From Polyangiaceae bacterium (GTDB lineage Bacteria; Myxococcota_A; Polyangia; Polyangiales; Polyangiaceae): a stretch of DNA of 64,000 nt. Every line of letters starts with the position of its first letter. Within the stretch, counting starts at the first letter, position 1. Positions 20,212-31,366 of the stretch are shown here, piece by piece. The notes under the pieces are model-generated. The model was not told where the DNA came from. It did no database searches and worked only from the letters and a program-made list of their open reading frames with translations. The stretch is taken from NCBI GenBank assembly GCA_035063585.1, contig JAPSGB010000017.1, positions 22,281 through 86,280 of the forward strand. Direction: 5' to 3'. Both the position numbers and the translations under genes were made by a program.

Positions 20212-23200
20212 ATGACGCTCCCGTGCCGTTCTGGTCTGTACGACCCAAGGTTCGAGCACGACGCCTGCGGGATCGGTTTCGTCGCGAACATCCGCGGCGA
20301 GCCGTCCCACGCGATCGTTCGCAAGGGCGTCGACATCCTCTTGAACCTCGTCCACCGCGGCGCGTGCGGCTGTGACCCGCTGACGGGCGACGGCGCGGGG
20401 CTCCTCGTCCAGCTCCCGCACGGCTTCTTCGCCCGTGAGGCGAGCCGGATGGGCCTCAAGCTGCCGTCGCCGGGCCGCTACGGCGTGGGCTGCGTCTTTC
20501 TGCCGCGCGACAAGCTGCAGCGTCAGCGCGTCAAGCAAATCGTCGAAGACAAGATCCTCGGCACGGGGCAGCGTCTGATCGGCTGGCGGCCGGTCCCGGT
20601 CGACGAGGACGCGCTCGGGCCGATGGCGCGCGCGTCGGCGCCCATCATCGAACAGGTGTTGGTCGGCGCGACCACCGAGACGGAGGACGCGTTCGAGCGC
20701 AAGCTCTACGTGATCCGAAAGTGGGCCGAGACGGCGGTGCGCGAGAGCGGGCTCCCCGCGCGCGATGCGTTCTACGTCCCGAGCCTGTCGTCGCGAACGA
20801 TCGTGTACAAGGGCTTGCTCCTCGCCGAGCAGCTCACCAGGTTCTACCGCGATCTCGACGACCCCGACTTCGCGAGCGCGCTCGCGATGGTGCACCAGCG
20901 CTTCTCGACCAACACCTTCCCGACCTGGGAGCTCGCGCAGCCGTTCCGCACCCTGAGCCACAACGGTGAGATCAACACGGTGCGGGGAAACGCGGCGTGG
21001 ATGCGCGCGCGCGAGCAGCTCTTCGACGGCCAGATCTTCGGTGAAGACGTCCGACACGTGCTGCCCGTCATCTCACCCGATGGCAGCGACTCGGCGACGC
21101 TCGACAACGTCGCAGAGCTCTTGATGCACGCGGGCCGCTCGCTTCCGCACGTGATGATGATGCTGGTGCCCGAGGCGTGGCAGAACGATCCGCTGATGCC
21201 GCGCGAGAAGCGCGACTTCTATCAATACCACTCTTGCCTCATCGAGCCCTGGGACGGCCCGGCGGCGCTCGCCTTCACCGACGGCGCGCGCATCGGCGCC
21301 ATCTTGGATCGCAACGGCCTCCGACCGGCTCGCTGGACGGTGACCCGTGACGGACTGGTCGTGCTCGCGTCCGAGACCGGCGTGCTCGAGATCGCGCCGG
21401 AGGACATCGAACGGACGGGTCGGCTCGAACCTGGGCGCATGTTCCTCGTCGACACCGCCCTGGGGCGCATCATCGAGGACGAAGAGCTCAAGCGAACCAT
21501 CACCACCGCGCGCCCCTACGGGCAGTGGCTCGCCAACAACACCATCCGGCTCGAGGACATCCGAGACGTCGGCGCCGCTCCGGAGCGCGCGCGAGACGAG
21601 CCGCTCTCCGCTCGACAGAAGGTGTTCGGTTACACCGACGAAGACCTGCGGCTCCTCATGGCGCCGATGGCGCTCGCGGGCGAGGAGGCGGTGGGCGCGA
21701 TGGGCAATGACGCGCCGCTCGCCGTGCTCTCCGAGCGCCCTCGGCTCCTCTTCGACTACTTCAAGCAGCACTTCGCGCAGGTCACCAACCCTGCGGTGGA
21801 TCCGATCCGCGAAGAGTTGGTGATGAGCCTCATGAACTACCTGGGTGGCGAGGGGAACCTGCTGCTCGATCTGCCGGACTACGCGCAGATGCTCGAGCTA
21901 CGCCAGCCCATCCTCGACGACGACGAGCTCTACAAGCTCCGAAAGACCCACCAGATCCACTTCCGTCAACCGGCGACGCTGCCGATGCTCTACCCGGTCG
22001 CCGAGGGCGGCGCGGGGCTAAAATCGGCGCTCGACGAGCTGTGTCGCCAGGCGAGCCTCGCGGTCCTGAACAACCACAGCGTCCTCATCCTGAGCGATCG
22101 CGGAGCGAGCGAGCACATGGCTCCGGTGCCGAGCTTGCTCGCCACGGCGGCGGTGCACCACCACCTGATGCGCAACGCGACGCGAATGCGCTGCGGCATC
22201 ATCGTGGAGACCGGCGAGGCGCGCGAGATCCACCACTTCTGTCTGCTCTTCGGCTACGGCGCGGGGGCGGCCAACCCGTACCTCGCGCTCGACACGCTGG
22301 ACGACATGGTGAAGAGCGGGCTCTTCCCGGGTCTCGATGACCCGGCGGTGGCTCGGAAGCACTACGTCAAGGCGGTAAACAAGGGCCTGCTGAAGGTCAT
22401 GAGCAAGATGGGCGTGAGCACGCTCCAGAGCTACCACGGCGCGCAGATCTTCGAGGCGATCGGGCTCTCGCCCGAGGTGATCGATCGCTACTTCACCGGG
22501 ACCACCAGCCGCATCTCTGGGATCGATCTCGACGTCATCGCCGAAGAGTGCCGGCTGCGGCACGAGCGCGCCTATCCGAAGCGCGTCGAGGCGAGTCCCC
22601 TGCTCGAGGTAGGCGGCAATTACTACTACCGCGCGCAGGGCGAACGCCACCTGTGGAATCCCGAGACGGTGGCTCGTCTCCAGCGCGCAGTGCGCGAGGA
22701 GGATCTCGGCAGCTACCGGGAGTACGCGGCGCGGATCAACCAGGCGGCCGGAGAGCCCATCACGCTCCGTCAACTCTGGGAAGTCGTGCCGGCACGAGAA
22801 CCGCTCCCGCTCTCCGAGGTCGAGCCTGCGGCCGAGATCGTCAAGCACTTCGCGACCGGAGCCATGAGCTTTGGGTCGATCAGCGCCGAGGCGCACGAGA
22901 ACCTCGCCATCGCGATGAACCGCATCGGCGGCAAGAGCAACACGGGCGAGGGCGGCGAGCGCGAGGAGCGCTTCCTTCGCGAGCCGAACGGCGACTCTCG
23001 CCGCAGCGCCATCAAGCAGGTGGCGAGCGGACGCTTCGGGGTGACCACCTGGTACCTCGTGAACGCCGACGAGCTTCAGATCAAGGTCGCCCAGGGCGCC
23101 AAGCCCGGCGAGGGCGGTCAGCTCCCGGGCCACAAGGTGGACGCTGTGATCGCCAAGACCCGGCACTCCACGCCCGGAGTCACCCTGATCTCCCCGCCTC

Positions 23201-24765
23201 CGCACCACGACATCTACAGCATCGAAGACCTCGCGCAGCTCATCTACGACCTGAAGAACGTGAACCCCACGGCGCGCATCAGCGTGAAGCTGGTCGCGGA
23301 GGCCGGAGTGGGCACGGTCGCCGCCGGCGTGGCCAAGGCGCGCGCCGACGTGATCCTGATCGCCGGCCACGACGGCGGCACCGGCGCAGCGCCTCAGAGC
23401 TCGATCAAGCATGCCGGCGCGCCGTGGGAGCTCGGCCTCTCCGAGACGCATCAAGTGCTCGTGAAGAATGATCTTCGCAGCCGGGTCGTGCTGCAAGCGG
23501 ACGGACAGCTGCGGACCGGCCGCGACGTGGTCATCGCGGCGCTGCTCGGCGCCGAGGAGTTCGGCTTCGCCACCGCGCCGCTGGTCGCCTCGGGATGCAT
23601 CATGATGCGAAAGTGCCACCTCAACACCTGCCCGGTGGGCATCGCGACTCAGGATCCAGTGCTACGCGCGAGGTTCGGGGGGACTCCGGAGCACGTCATC
23701 CGCTTCATGTTCTACGTCGCAGAGGAGGCGCGGGAGCTCATGGCGGCGCTCGGCTTTCGCCGGCTGCGCGAGCTGGTCGGCCGAGTGGACAAGCTTCGTC
23801 TGCAGGACACCTCGTCCCATTGGAAGGCGTCGCGGCTCGATTTCTCCGACGTGCTCACCCCGGCGCAGCCGGGGCCGGGCGTCGACGTTTGCAAGACGCG
23901 CGCGCAAGAACACGACCTCGACGGCGCCCTCGACCACCAGCTCATCGCGCGCTCGCGGAGCGTGCTCGAATCGGGCCGAGGTTCGGTCGTCATCGAGCTC
24001 CCGCTCCGTAACGTGCACCGCACGGTCGGCGCCATGCTCGCCGGCGAGATCGTCCGGCGGCACGGCAAGGACGGGCTCGCGCCCGGGAGCATCTCTTTGC
24101 GCTTCACTGGTTCGGCCGGGCAAAGCTTCGGCGCCTTCATGGTCGACGGGATGGCGATCTCGCTCGAGGGTGACGCCAACGACTACGTCGGCAAGGGCAT
24201 GAGCGGCGGCGTGCTGTCCGTGCGCGTTCCCGCGCGCGCGTCGTTCGAGGCGCATCGCAACGTGATCATCGGGAACGTCGCGCTCTACGGCGCGACCAGC
24301 GGGCGCGCCTTCTTCGAGGGCGTCGCCGGCGAACGCTTCGCGGTACGTAACAGCGGCGCGACGGCGGTGGTGGAGGGCGTCGGTGACCACGCTTGCGAGT
24401 ACATGACCGGCGGTTCGGTGGTGGTGCTCGGCCGGGTGGGGAGAAACTTCGCCGCCGGGATGAGCGGCGGCCTGGCGTACGTGCTCGACGAGGAGGGCTC
24501 GTTCCGGTCGAAGTGCAACCCCGCGCTCGTCGAGCTCGAGCGCCCCGACGCCGCAGACCTCGAGTCCTTGTCTGCGCTGGTCGCGGAGCACGTACGCCTG
24601 ACCGGCAGCAAGCGCGGCGCTGCGCTGCTCGCGAGCTGGGCCGAGGCAGCCGCCGCGTTCGTGAAGGTCGTCCCGCGCGAGTATCGGAAGGTCCTCGCGA
24701 CGAGCGCGGGTCCGCAGGGCGGCGAGGAGAGAGCGCCGTCACGCACCACCGTGGAGGCGAAGTAG
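20212..24765 (+). CDS. gltB: Glutamate synthase large subunit
   Basis: [60 protein letters not shown]. Confidence 0.99.
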   Translation: MTLPCRSGLYDPRFEHDACGIGFVANIRGEPSHAIVRKGVDILLNLVHRGACGCDPLTGDGAGLLVQLPHGFFAREASRMGLKLPSPGRYGVGCVFLPRDKLQRQRVKQIVEDKILGTGQRLIGWRPVPVDEDALGPMARASAPIIEQVLVGATTETEDAFERKLYVIRKWAETAVRESGLPARDAFYVPSLSSRTIVYKGLLLAEQLTRFYRDLDDPDFASALAMVHQRFSTNTFPTWELAQPFRTLSHNGEINTVRGNAAWMRAREQLFDGQIFGEDVRHVLPVISPDGSDSATLDNVAELLMHAGRSLPHVMMMLVPEAWQNDPLMPREKRDFYQYHSCLIEPWDGPAALAFTDGARIGAILDRNGLRPARWTVTRDGLVVLASETGVLEIAPEDIERTGRLEPGRMFLVDTALGRIIEDEELKRTITTARPYGQWLANNTIRLEDIRDVGAAPERARDEPLSARQKVFGYTDEDLRLLMAPMALAGEEAVGAMGNDAPLAVLSERPRLLFDYFKQHFAQVTNPAVDPIREELVMSLMNYLGGEGNLLLDLPDYAQMLELRQPILDDDELYKLRKTHQIHFRQPATLPMLYPVAEGGAGLKSALDELCRQASLAVLNNHSVLILSDRGASEHMAPVPSLLATAAVHHHLMRNATRMRCGIIVETGEAREIHHFCLLFGYGAGAANPYLALDTLDDMVKSGLFPGLDDPAVARKHYVKAVNKGLLKVMSKMGVSTLQSYHGAQIFEAIGLSPEVIDRYFTGTTSRISGIDLDVIAEECRLRHERAYPKRVEASPLLEVGGNYYYRAQGERHLWNPETVARLQRAVREEDLGSYREYAARINQAAGEPITLRQLWEVVPAREPLPLSEVEPAAEIVKHFATGAMSFGSISAEAHENLAIAMNRIGGKSNTGEGGEREERFLREPNGDSRRSAIKQVASGRFGVTTWYLVNADELQIKVAQGAKPGEGGQLPGHKVDAVIAKTRHSTPGVTLISPPPHHDIYSIEDLAQLIYDLKNVNPTARISVKLVAEAGVGTVAAGVAKARADVILIAGHDGGTGAAPQSSIKHAGAPWELGLSETHQVLVKNDLRSRVVLQADGQLRTGRDVVIAALLGAEEFGFATAPLVASGCIMMRKCHLNTCPVGIATQDPVLRARFGGTPEHVIRFMFYVAEEARELMAALGFRRLRELVGRVDKLRLQDTSSHWKASRLDFSDVLTPAQPGPGVDVCKTRAQEHDLDGALDHQLIARSRSVLESGRGSVVIELPLRNVHRTVGAMLAGEIVRRHGKDGLAPGSISLRFTGSAGQSFGAFMVDGMAISLEGDANDYVGKGMSGGVLSVRVPARASFEAHRNVIIGNVALYGATSGRAFFEGVAGERFAVRNSGATAVVEGVGDHACEYMTGGSVVVLGRVGRNFAAGMSGGLAYVLDEEGSFRSKCNPALVELERPDAADLESLSALVAEHVRLTGSKRGAALLASWAEAAAAFVKVVPREYRKVLATSAGPQGGEERAPSRTTVEAK

Positions 24766-24768
24766 GCC

Positions 24769-26193
24769 ATGGGAAAGCTGACGGGGTTCCTCGAATATCC
24801 GCGGGAGGAGCCGGGGCGGCGCCCCGCGTCCGAGCGCATCAAGGATTACCGTGAGATCGAGCTCCCGATCTCCGACGAGGTCGCGCGCGTGCAAGGCGCA
24901 CGCTGCATGGACTGCGGGGTGCCCTTCTGCAACACCGGCTGTCCACTCGGTAACCTGATCCCCGACTTCAACGACGCCGTCTACCGCGGCGCGCTCCCGC
25001 AGGCAGTCGAAGAGCTCCACGCGACCAATAATTTCCCTGAGTTTACCGGTAGGGTGTGCCCGGCACCGTGTGAAGCCGCGTGCGTGCTCGGGATCACGAG
25101 CGAGCCGGTCAGCATCAAGCTCATCGAGCATGTGATCGCCGATCGCGGCTGGGAGGCCGAGCTCATCCGACCTCGACCCGCGCGCGAGCAGACCGGACGG
25201 CGAGTAGCCGTCATCGGCTCGGGGCCTGCCGGGCTCGCCTGCGCGCAGCAGCTCGCGCGCGCCGGTCACTCGGTCACCGTGCTCGAGCGAGCCGACCGCG
25301 TCGGCGGCCTGCTCACCTATGGCATCCCCGACTTCAAGCTCGAGAAGTCGCTCGTGACGCGTCGGCTCGGGCAGCTCGACGCCGAGGGCGTGGTGTTCCG
25401 AACCGGCGTCGAGGTAGGCCGCGACGTTACCGCCGCCGAGCTCCGCGCGGAGTACGACGCGGTCTGCCTGGCGATCGGCTCGCGCGCGCCGCGTGACCTG
25501 CCCATCCCGGGCCGGGAGCTCGACGGTGTCCACTTCGCGCTCGATTTTCTCGAGCAGCAGAACCGCCGCGTGGCCGGCGACGCGCTCGACGCCGACCGCG
25601 CGATCCTCGCGACGGGCAAGCACGTCGTCGTCATCGGCGGCGGCGACACCGGCAGCGACTGCATCGGGACCTCGCACCGCCAGGGCGCGAAGAGCGTCAC
25701 CAGCTTGGAGCTCCTGCCGCGCCCTCCCGACACGCGCTCGCCGAGCACTCCCTGGCCGATGTGGCCGCTCATGCTGCGCGTCTCGACCTCACACGAGGAG
25801 GGCGGCAAGCGTGATTTCAGCGTCTCCACCCTCGGGTTCGAGGGTGCTGCCGGTCGGGTGACGCACCTCCGCTGCGCGCGCGTCGAGCGGCGCGACGGCG
25901 CCTTCGCTCGGGTCCCGGGCTCCGAGTTCGAGCTCCCGGCGGATCTCGTCCTGCTCGCCATGGGGTTCGTACACCCGGAGCACGACGGCCTGCTCGCCGA
26001 CCTCGGCGTGGCGCTCGACCGCCGCGGCAACGTGCAGCTCGACGCGCATTTCATGAGCAGCGTGCCCGGGGTGTTCGCCGCGGGCGATTGCCAGCGCGGG
26101 CAGTCGCTGGTGGTCTGGGCGATCGCCGACGGCCGGCGCGCCGCAGCCGCGATCGACGCCTACTTGGTCGGCGGGCGCTCCGAGCTCACCTGA
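24769..26193 (+). CDS. gltD: Glutamate synthase small subunit
   Basis: [45 protein letters not shown]. Confidence 0.98.
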   Translation: MGKLTGFLEYPREEPGRRPASERIKDYREIELPISDEVARVQGARCMDCGVPFCNTGCPLGNLIPDFNDAVYRGALPQAVEELHATNNFPEFTGRVCPAPCEAACVLGITSEPVSIKLIEHVIADRGWEAELIRPRPAREQTGRRVAVIGSGPAGLACAQQLARAGHSVTVLERADRVGGLLTYGIPDFKLEKSLVTRRLGQLDAEGVVFRTGVEVGRDVTAAELRAEYDAVCLAIGSRAPRDLPIPGRELDGVHFALDFLEQQNRRVAGDALDADRAILATGKHVVVIGGGDTGSDCIGTSHRQGAKSVTSLELLPRPPDTRSPSTPWPMWPLMLRVSTSHEEGGKRDFSVSTLGFEGAAGRVTHLRCARVERRDGAFARVPGSEFELPADLVLLAMGFVHPEHDGLLADLGVALDRRGNVQLDAHFMSSVPGVFAAGDCQRGQSLVVWAIADGRRAAAAIDAYLVGGRSELT

Positions 26194-26277
26194 GCCAGCG
26201 CGGCGCGGGTGACCCGCGCGACCCGGCGAGCTCCGTGCAGGGCGCGGCGCGCCCCGCGGTTCCGCGCCGCGGCGACC

Positions 26278-26308
26278 CAAGCATACATTATAATGTTATT
26301 TACTATTG
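26278..26308. promoter_or_regulatory. AT-rich stretch with perfect palindrome ACATTATAATGT (26285-26296) between convergent gltD and trpE; function unknown
   Basis: Only 7 of 31 bases are G/C; contains TATAAT on both strands. Confidence 0.4.
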
Positions 26309-27688
26309 CGTCGGTCCGGCGCGGAATCTCGCGGCGAGCTGCGCGGCGCGGATGGCGGCGAGGGCGGCGCGGGCCTTGTTGCGAGTCTCCTTCGCTTCGA
26401 GCGCGGGCACGCTCCCCTCGACCACGCCGGCGCCCGCGGTGACCTCGAAGGCGTCTCCGTTCAACACCACCGTGCGGATCGCGATGGCGAAATCGAGCTC
26501 ACCCGCGCGGGTGAGGTAGCCCACCGCGCCGCCGTACACGCCGCGCGGACGTGGCTCGAGCTCGCGGATGAGCTGCATCGCGCGCACCTTGGGCGCGCCC
26601 GAGAGCGTGCCAGCGGGGAAAGCGGCCCGGAGCGCATCGAGCGCGGTTGCGTCCGCACGGAGCTCGCCGCTCACCTCGCTCACGAGGTGCATCACGTGGC
26701 TGAACCGCTCGATCGCGAGCCGTTCGGGCACCTGGACGGAGCCCGGGCGCGCGACGCGGCCGACGTCGTTGCGCGCGAGGTCGATCAGCATCACGTGCTC
26801 GGCGAGCTCCTTCGGATCGGCGAGCAGCTCACGCGCGAGCGCGTCGTCCTCGTCCGGGGAGCGTCCGCGGCGCCGCGTGCCTGCGATCGGGCGCACGGTG
26901 ACGCGGCCGCCGGCGACGCGCACCAGCGTCTCGGGGCTCGCGCCGGCGACCGCCATCCGCGGCGCGCCCGGGCGCTCGGGCAGCTCGAGCAGGAACATGT
27001 AGGGCGAGGGCGAGAGCACGCGGAGCGCGCGGTACACGTCGAAGGGCTCGGCGCCGCGCGCCGGCGCGGAGAAGGTTCGCGCCAGCACCACCTGGAAGGT
27101 ATCGCCCGCGAGGATGTGTGCCTTCACCCGGGTAACCCCGGCCTCGAACTCGGCGTCCGTGGTGTCGACCTCGAGGTCGGCGGGCAGCGCGGTGGGCTCC
27201 GGCGGGGCGAGCGGGGCGAGCGGGGCGAGCCGCGCGAACACGCGCTCGACGCGCTCCACCTCGGCGAGCTCGGCCGAGGCGACGGTGGCGGTGTGGGTCA
27301 GGTGGTCGAAGACGACCACGGTCGCGTCGCTGACGAAGCGCGCGATGGGCGCGGCGCTCGTGGGCCAAGGCTCGACCTTGCTCGCGTAGTGGACGGCGTC
27401 ATAGGCGACGACGCCGATGTGGGCGCGAGCGAAGCGGAGCGCGACCTCGCGCTCGTCCGGCGCGTCGCTCGGGAGCTCCCGGGCGAGCCGCTCGAACGGC
27501 TCGACGCCCGGCTCGCCGTGGACGATGAGCCGGGCTCGCGGGCGGACCCCGAGGATCGAGTAGCGACCGAAGCGCTCGCCGGCCACCACGCTCTCGAGGA
27601 GAAACGAGCCCTCGCCGGCGTCGGCGCGGAGCGCGGAGTAGGCGCCGACCGGCGTGATGCCGTCCACCACCAGGGTCTTCGAGTGCAT
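26303..27688 (-). CDS. trpE: Anthranilate synthase component I
   Basis: FLLESV, GDTFQVVL, SPSPYMF, GASPETLV, PIAGTRRRG, KELAEHVMLIDLARND, PAGTLSGAPKVRAM. Confidence 0.85.
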   Translation of the reverse strand: MHSKTLVVDGITPVGAYSALRADAGEGSFLLESVVAGERFGRYSILGVRPRARLIVHGEPGVEPFERLARELPSDAPDEREVALRFARAHIGVVAYDAVHYASKVEPWPTSAAPIARFVSDATVVVFDHLTHTATVASAELAEVERVERVFARLAPLAPLAPPEPTALPADLEVDTTDAEFEAGVTRVKAHILAGDTFQVVLARTFSAPARGAEPFDVYRALRVLSPSPYMFLLELPERPGAPRMAVAGASPETLVRVAGGRVTVRPIAGTRRRGRSPDEDDALARELLADPKELAEHVMLIDLARNDVGRVARPGSVQVPERLAIERFSHVMHLVSEVSGELRADATALDALRAAFPAGTLSGAPKVRAMQLIRELEPRPRGVYGGAVGYLTRAGELDFAIAIRTVVLNGDAFEVTAGAGVVEGSVPALEAKETRNKARAALAAIRAAQLAARFRAGPTQ

Positions 27689-27742
27689 CGGGCTCGAGCG
27701 TATCCTGGAAATCGCCCGCCGGCGCGCCTAGGCTCCGGTGGA

Positions 27743-28249
27743 GTGAGCCGCCTCTTTCTCATCGCCGCCGCCGGGTGCGCGCTCGTCGGCGCGGCCTCGT
27801 GCCGCGAGAAGCCCGAGCTCGTGCTCCGCGACACCGAGGGGCGGGCGTTCCGCACGGAGTGCAACGGCTCGGGTCAGTGCCAGCTCGAGCAGACGAGCGG
27901 GCCGGCGGCGCCGCCGGGCAAATCGGTCGCGGTGCTTCGGGCGCGCGCGAGCCTGGTCGGCGTGTGCGACGTCGCGAGCGGGTCGAGCGAGCCCGAGCGC
28001 GGCGACTGCCGCGCGCTCCTCTGCGAGCGGGACGAGGGCTGCCCGCCGGCCCACGACCTCTCGCACGGGAGCTGCATCGGCGGGTACTGCTCTGAGCCCT
28101 CGCACGAGCTCGGCGTGGACGACGCGGTCATGCTCTGTCTGGCCGGAACCGGGCTCGGGCGCGCTTCGCCCGAGCAGGTCGAGCGCTACGCCTTGGCCCT
28201 GAACTGCGGCTCACCCTGCCGGGTGCCCACGCCCTGCCGGCCGCGCTGA
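27743..28249 (+). CDS. Cys-rich lipoprotein, hypothetical
   Basis: 3' end of ORF 26306..28249; lipobox GAASC; many Cys; TAGGCT box 8 nt upstream of the GTG. Confidence 0.7.
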   Translation: MSRLFLIAAAGCALVGAASCREKPELVLRDTEGRAFRTECNGSGQCQLEQTSGPAAPPGKSVAVLRARASLVGVCDVASGSSEPERGDCRALLCERDEGCPPAHDLSHGSCIGGYCSEPSHELGVDDAVMLCLAGTGLGRASPEQVERYALALNCGSPCRVPTPCRPR

Positions 28250-28301
28250 AGGGTCGGGGTGGAAGATCGACGACCCCTCGGCTAGGCTCGCGGCCCCATC
28301 G

Positions 28302-29912
28302 ATGGCAAGCCTACCTCCGCTCCGCGCCAGCGTCGCGCTCGCGGCCTACGCCGAGCCCCTCCTCGAGGGGCGACGGGCCATCGTCTTCGGAGACGCCTCT
28401 TCGGGCCTGGCGGAGCAGCTCCTCGAGCGCGGGGCGCGCCTGGTGCATGTCTACGACGCGGACGCGCCGCGGCTGGCGGAGGCAGCCGCTCGCAACGGCT
28501 CGCGCAACGTCGCCTTCGCGCCGCTCGCGGAGGGCGGGCTGGCCGTGCGCGAGGGCGCGTTCGACGTCGCGTTCATCGAGAACCTCTCCGCCTTCGAGGA
28601 CGTGTCCGAGGTGCTCCGACACGCGAAGCGCGCGCTCTCGCCGCGTGGCGCGCTGCTCGCCGCGGCCCCCAACCCGGAGGCGCGACTCCGGCTGCTCGCC
28701 GAGCCTGCGCCGGCTTCGACCGCGCTCGACTACTACGCGCTCTACGACGCGGCCTCGGCGACGTTCGCCGAGGTTCGCATGCTCGGACAAGCTCCGTTCG
28801 TCGGCTACGCGGTGGTCGATTTCGCGCCGGAGGGCGAGCCCGCGCCGAGCTTCGACGCCGGCTTCGTGCCGGGCGGCGCCGAGGAGCCGGAGTGGTTCAT
28901 CGCGCTCTGCTCCGAGCGCGAGGTGCGGCTCGACGAGTTCGCGCTCATCGAGCTGCCCTTTCGCGCCACGCGGGAGCGCGAGCGCCCCGCGACGCGCGAG
29001 CCTGCCCGCGAGCTCGCGCCGATGCGCGCGGAGCTCGCGGAGCTCCGCGCCGAGCTCGAGCGCCGCGAGGCGTGGATCACCCAGGTCGAGGCCCGCGCCG
29101 AGGCTGCAGACACTCGCGCCGACCAGGCGCAGGCCGAGCTCGAGGAGCGACGCGCCGCGGTGGACGCGGCCGTGGAGCGCGCGCGGGGAGCCGAAGCGAG
29201 CGCGCGCGACGCCGAAGCGCGCGGCCGAGCGGCCGCCGAGCTCCGCGCGGAGCTCGAGACGCGTCGCGAGCGCGCCCAGAAGCTCGAAGACGAACGCGAC
29301 GGCTGGCGCGCCCGCGCCGAGAAGCTCGCGCAAGAGCGCGACGCCGAGCTCGAGACGCGCCGTGAGCGCGCCCAGAAGCTCGAAGACGAACGCGACGGCT
29401 GGCGCGCCCGCGCCGAGAAGCTCGCGCAGGAGCTCGCGCAGGCATCGGAGCAGCTCGCGAAGCGCGCGGCGGCGCCGCCTGAAGACGCGAGCGCCGAGCT
29501 CCGCGCCTACGAGGCGCAGCTCGCCGAGCGCGGGGCCGAGATTCGCCGGCTCGAGAGAGAGCGGGCCAGCACCGAGCAATTCGCGCGTCAGCTCCTCGAC
29601 GAGCTCGAGCTCGCGCGCGCGAGCGGCAGCGCAGCGGAGCCGCGCGAAGCCGAGGAGCTCCGGCAGCAGCTCGACGCGCTCGCCGGCTTGAATGCAGAGC
29701 GTGAGGCGGAGCTGCAGACGGCACGCTGGGCGGTGAGCGCGCTCGAGGCGCGGCTCGCCGAGTCCGACTCCGCGGACCACGGCGCCCGGCGGGAGCGGCT
29801 CGAGGCCGATCTCCAGCAGGCACGCGCCGATCTGCAGCGGCTCGCCGTGCTGGTCGAAGAGCTCCGCGCCGGCGTGCAGCCGGCCGCGGGAGAGGCGGAG
29901 CCGGCGCGTTGA
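28302..29912 (+). CDS. Degenerate class I methyltransferase-like domain fused to a long coiled coil
   Basis: AIVFGDASSG...VHVYD...GAFDVAFI...ALSPRGALL pattern, then E/R/A/L heptads. Confidence 0.7.
   Translation: MASLPPLRASVALAAYAEPLLEGRRAIVFGDASSGLAEQLLERGARLVHVYDADAPRLAEAAARNGSRNVAFAPLAEGGLAVREGAFDVAFIENLSAFEDVSEVLRHAKRALSPRGALLAAAPNPEARLRLLAEPAPASTALDYYALYDAASATFAEVRMLGQAPFVGYAVVDFAPEGEPAPSFDAGFVPGGAEEPEWFIALCSEREVRLDEFALIELPFRATRERERPATREPARELAPMRAELAELRAELERREAWITQVEARAEAADTRADQAQAELEERRAAVDAAVERARGAEASARDAEARGRAAAELRAELETRRERAQKLEDERDGWRARAEKLAQERDAELETRRERAQKLEDERDGWRARAEKLAQELAQASEQLAKRAAAPPEDASAELRAYEAQLAERGAEIRRLERERASTEQFARQLLDELELARASGSAAEPREAEELRQQLDALAGLNAEREAELQTARWAVSALEARLAESDSADHGARRERLEADLQQARADLQRLAVLVEELRAGVQPAAGEAEPAR
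29247..29432 (+). repeat. 96-nt (32-aa) tandem duplication inside the coiled coil
   Basis: AELETRRERAQKLEDERDGWRARAEKLAQE occurs twice with near-identical DNA, period 96. Confidence 0.93.
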
Positions 29913-29975
29913 CAAGCGGCGCGGACGCCTTAGCTTGACCGCGCATTGCGTATCGAGCGGGCCTGAGCAGCGTTC

Positions 29976-31067
29976 ATGAGCGAGAAGCGCGATTATTACG
30001 AGGTCCTGGGCGTCGCGCGGGACGCCGGCGCGGACGACATCCGAAAGGCGTATCGCCAGTCCGCGCTCAAGCACCACCCGGATCGTAACCCGGGAAACGC
30101 GGAGGCCGAGGCGCTCTTCAAGGAGGCCACCGAGGCGTACAGCGTCCTCTCGGACGACGAGAAGCGAGCCGCCTATGATCGCTTCGGCTTCGCCGGCGTC
30201 GGCGGTCAGTCGGGCTTCGATTTCTCGGGCGCCGGCATCGGGGACATCCTGAGCCACTTCCAGGACATGTTCTCGGACTTCTTCGGCGGCATGGGAGGCG
30301 GCGGCCGTCGCCAGCGTCCGGCCGCGCGCGGGCAAGACGTCCGCGTGGCCGCCACCATCACGCTGAAGGACGCGATGCTGGGCGCCAAGCAGGAGGTCGC
30401 GATCGTGGGCGCCGCACCCTGCGAGCCGTGCGGCGGCAGCGGCGCAAAGGCCGGCACCAAGCCGCAGACGTGCCCTCAGTGCCGCGGCACCGGGCAGGTG
30501 ACGACGCAGCGCGGGTTCGTGATGTTCAGCACGAGCTGCGGCCGCTGCCAGGGCAGCGGCCGCTTCATCGCGGACCCCTGCGAGTCGTGCCACGGCTCGG
30601 GCTACGTCGAGAAGCGGCGCGTCGTGCTGGTCGCCTTCCCCGCGGGGATCGACGACAGCCAGCGGCTGCGCGTGCCGGGCCAAGGGATGCCCGGTCCGAA
30701 CGGCGCGCCGCCGGGTGACCTCTACGTAGACGTGAACCTCGCGGCGGACGAGCGCTTCGAGCGAAATGGCGACGATCTCGCGGTCCGCGAGCGGGTCTCG
30801 TTCCCCGACGCGGCGCTCGGCGCGGAGGTCGAGCTCACCCTCCCCGACGAGACGCGCGTGAGCGCCACGCTCCCCGCCGGGACACAGCCCGGCACCGTGC
30901 TCACGGTGAAGGGAAAGGGCGTGCCGCGCATCGATCGCCGGGGTCGCGGGGATCTCTTGATCGTAGTCGATGTAGCGGTGCCTCGCGGGCTGAGCAAGCG
31001 CGCGAAGAAGCTGCTCGGCGAGCTCGCCGCCGAGCTCGCGAACGAGGGCAAGGAAGCCGCCGGCTGA
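29976..31067 (+). CDS. dnaJ: Chaperone DnaJ
   Basis: [14 protein letters not shown]-rich region, four CxxCxGxG repeats, GDLYV, GTQPG. Confidence 0.98.
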   Translation: MSEKRDYYEVLGVARDAGADDIRKAYRQSALKHHPDRNPGNAEAEALFKEATEAYSVLSDDEKRAAYDRFGFAGVGGQSGFDFSGAGIGDILSHFQDMFSDFFGGMGGGGRRQRPAARGQDVRVAATITLKDAMLGAKQEVAIVGAAPCEPCGGSGAKAGTKPQTCPQCRGTGQVTTQRGFVMFSTSCGRCQGSGRFIADPCESCHGSGYVEKRRVVLVAFPAGIDDSQRLRVPGQGMPGPNGAPPGDLYVDVNLAADERFERNGDDLAVRERVSFPDAALGAEVELTLPDETRVSATLPAGTQPGTVLTVKGKGVPRIDRRGRGDLLIVVDVAVPRGLSKRAKKLLGELAAELANEGKEAAG

Positions 31068-31080
31068 GCTGGCGCGCGCC
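30869..31080 (+). repeat. Copy 1 of a 212-bp direct repeat (dnaJ 3' end plus 13 nt downstream)
   Basis: Aligns without gaps to 31932..32143 (offset 1063); 21 mismatches by hand count. Confidence 0.93.
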
Positions 31081-31311
31081 TGAAGCATCCCCTCGTCTCG
31101 CGCTCATGGCAGGCCGAACACCTCGCGGAGGAGAGCCTACTCGCGAGCGCGCTCGTCGTAGGCCGTCATGAGGAGCGCGAGCCGGTCATCCGGCATCGCC
31201 GGAATCGCGTCGTACCAGAAGCAGTCCTGCTCGTAGAGCGACGGCGTGCGTCGTTTGACGGTGTCGACCTCGAGCATCCGGTCGAGGCCGCAGCACGAGG
31301 GGTTCGCTCAG
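31080..31311 (-). mobile_element. 232-bp miniature, internally deleted IS4-like element with both terminal inverted repeats
   Basis: Ends CTGAAGCATCCCCTCGT and ACGAGGGGTTCGCTCAG (13/17 inverted match); minus strand reads CGLDRMLEVDTVKRRTPSLYEQDCFWYDAIPAMPDDRL...[stop, frameshift]REVFGLP, resembling C-termini of myxobacterial IS4-family transposases (from memory). Confidence 0.7.
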
Positions 31312-31366
31312 GTGCTAGAATGGTGCCGTCGAGAGCCATGTGTTCGAGCAGTAGACGAGCGTTCGT

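Noticed and set aside
26279..26300. 13-nt match to part of loxP on the minus strand (TATAATGTATGCT)
   Set aside because: The 13-bp inverted arms of loxP are absent; most likely chance
26303..27688. trpE without adjacent trpG/trpD as a novel system
   Set aside because: Split trp genes are common in bacteria; nothing else here suggests a special pathway
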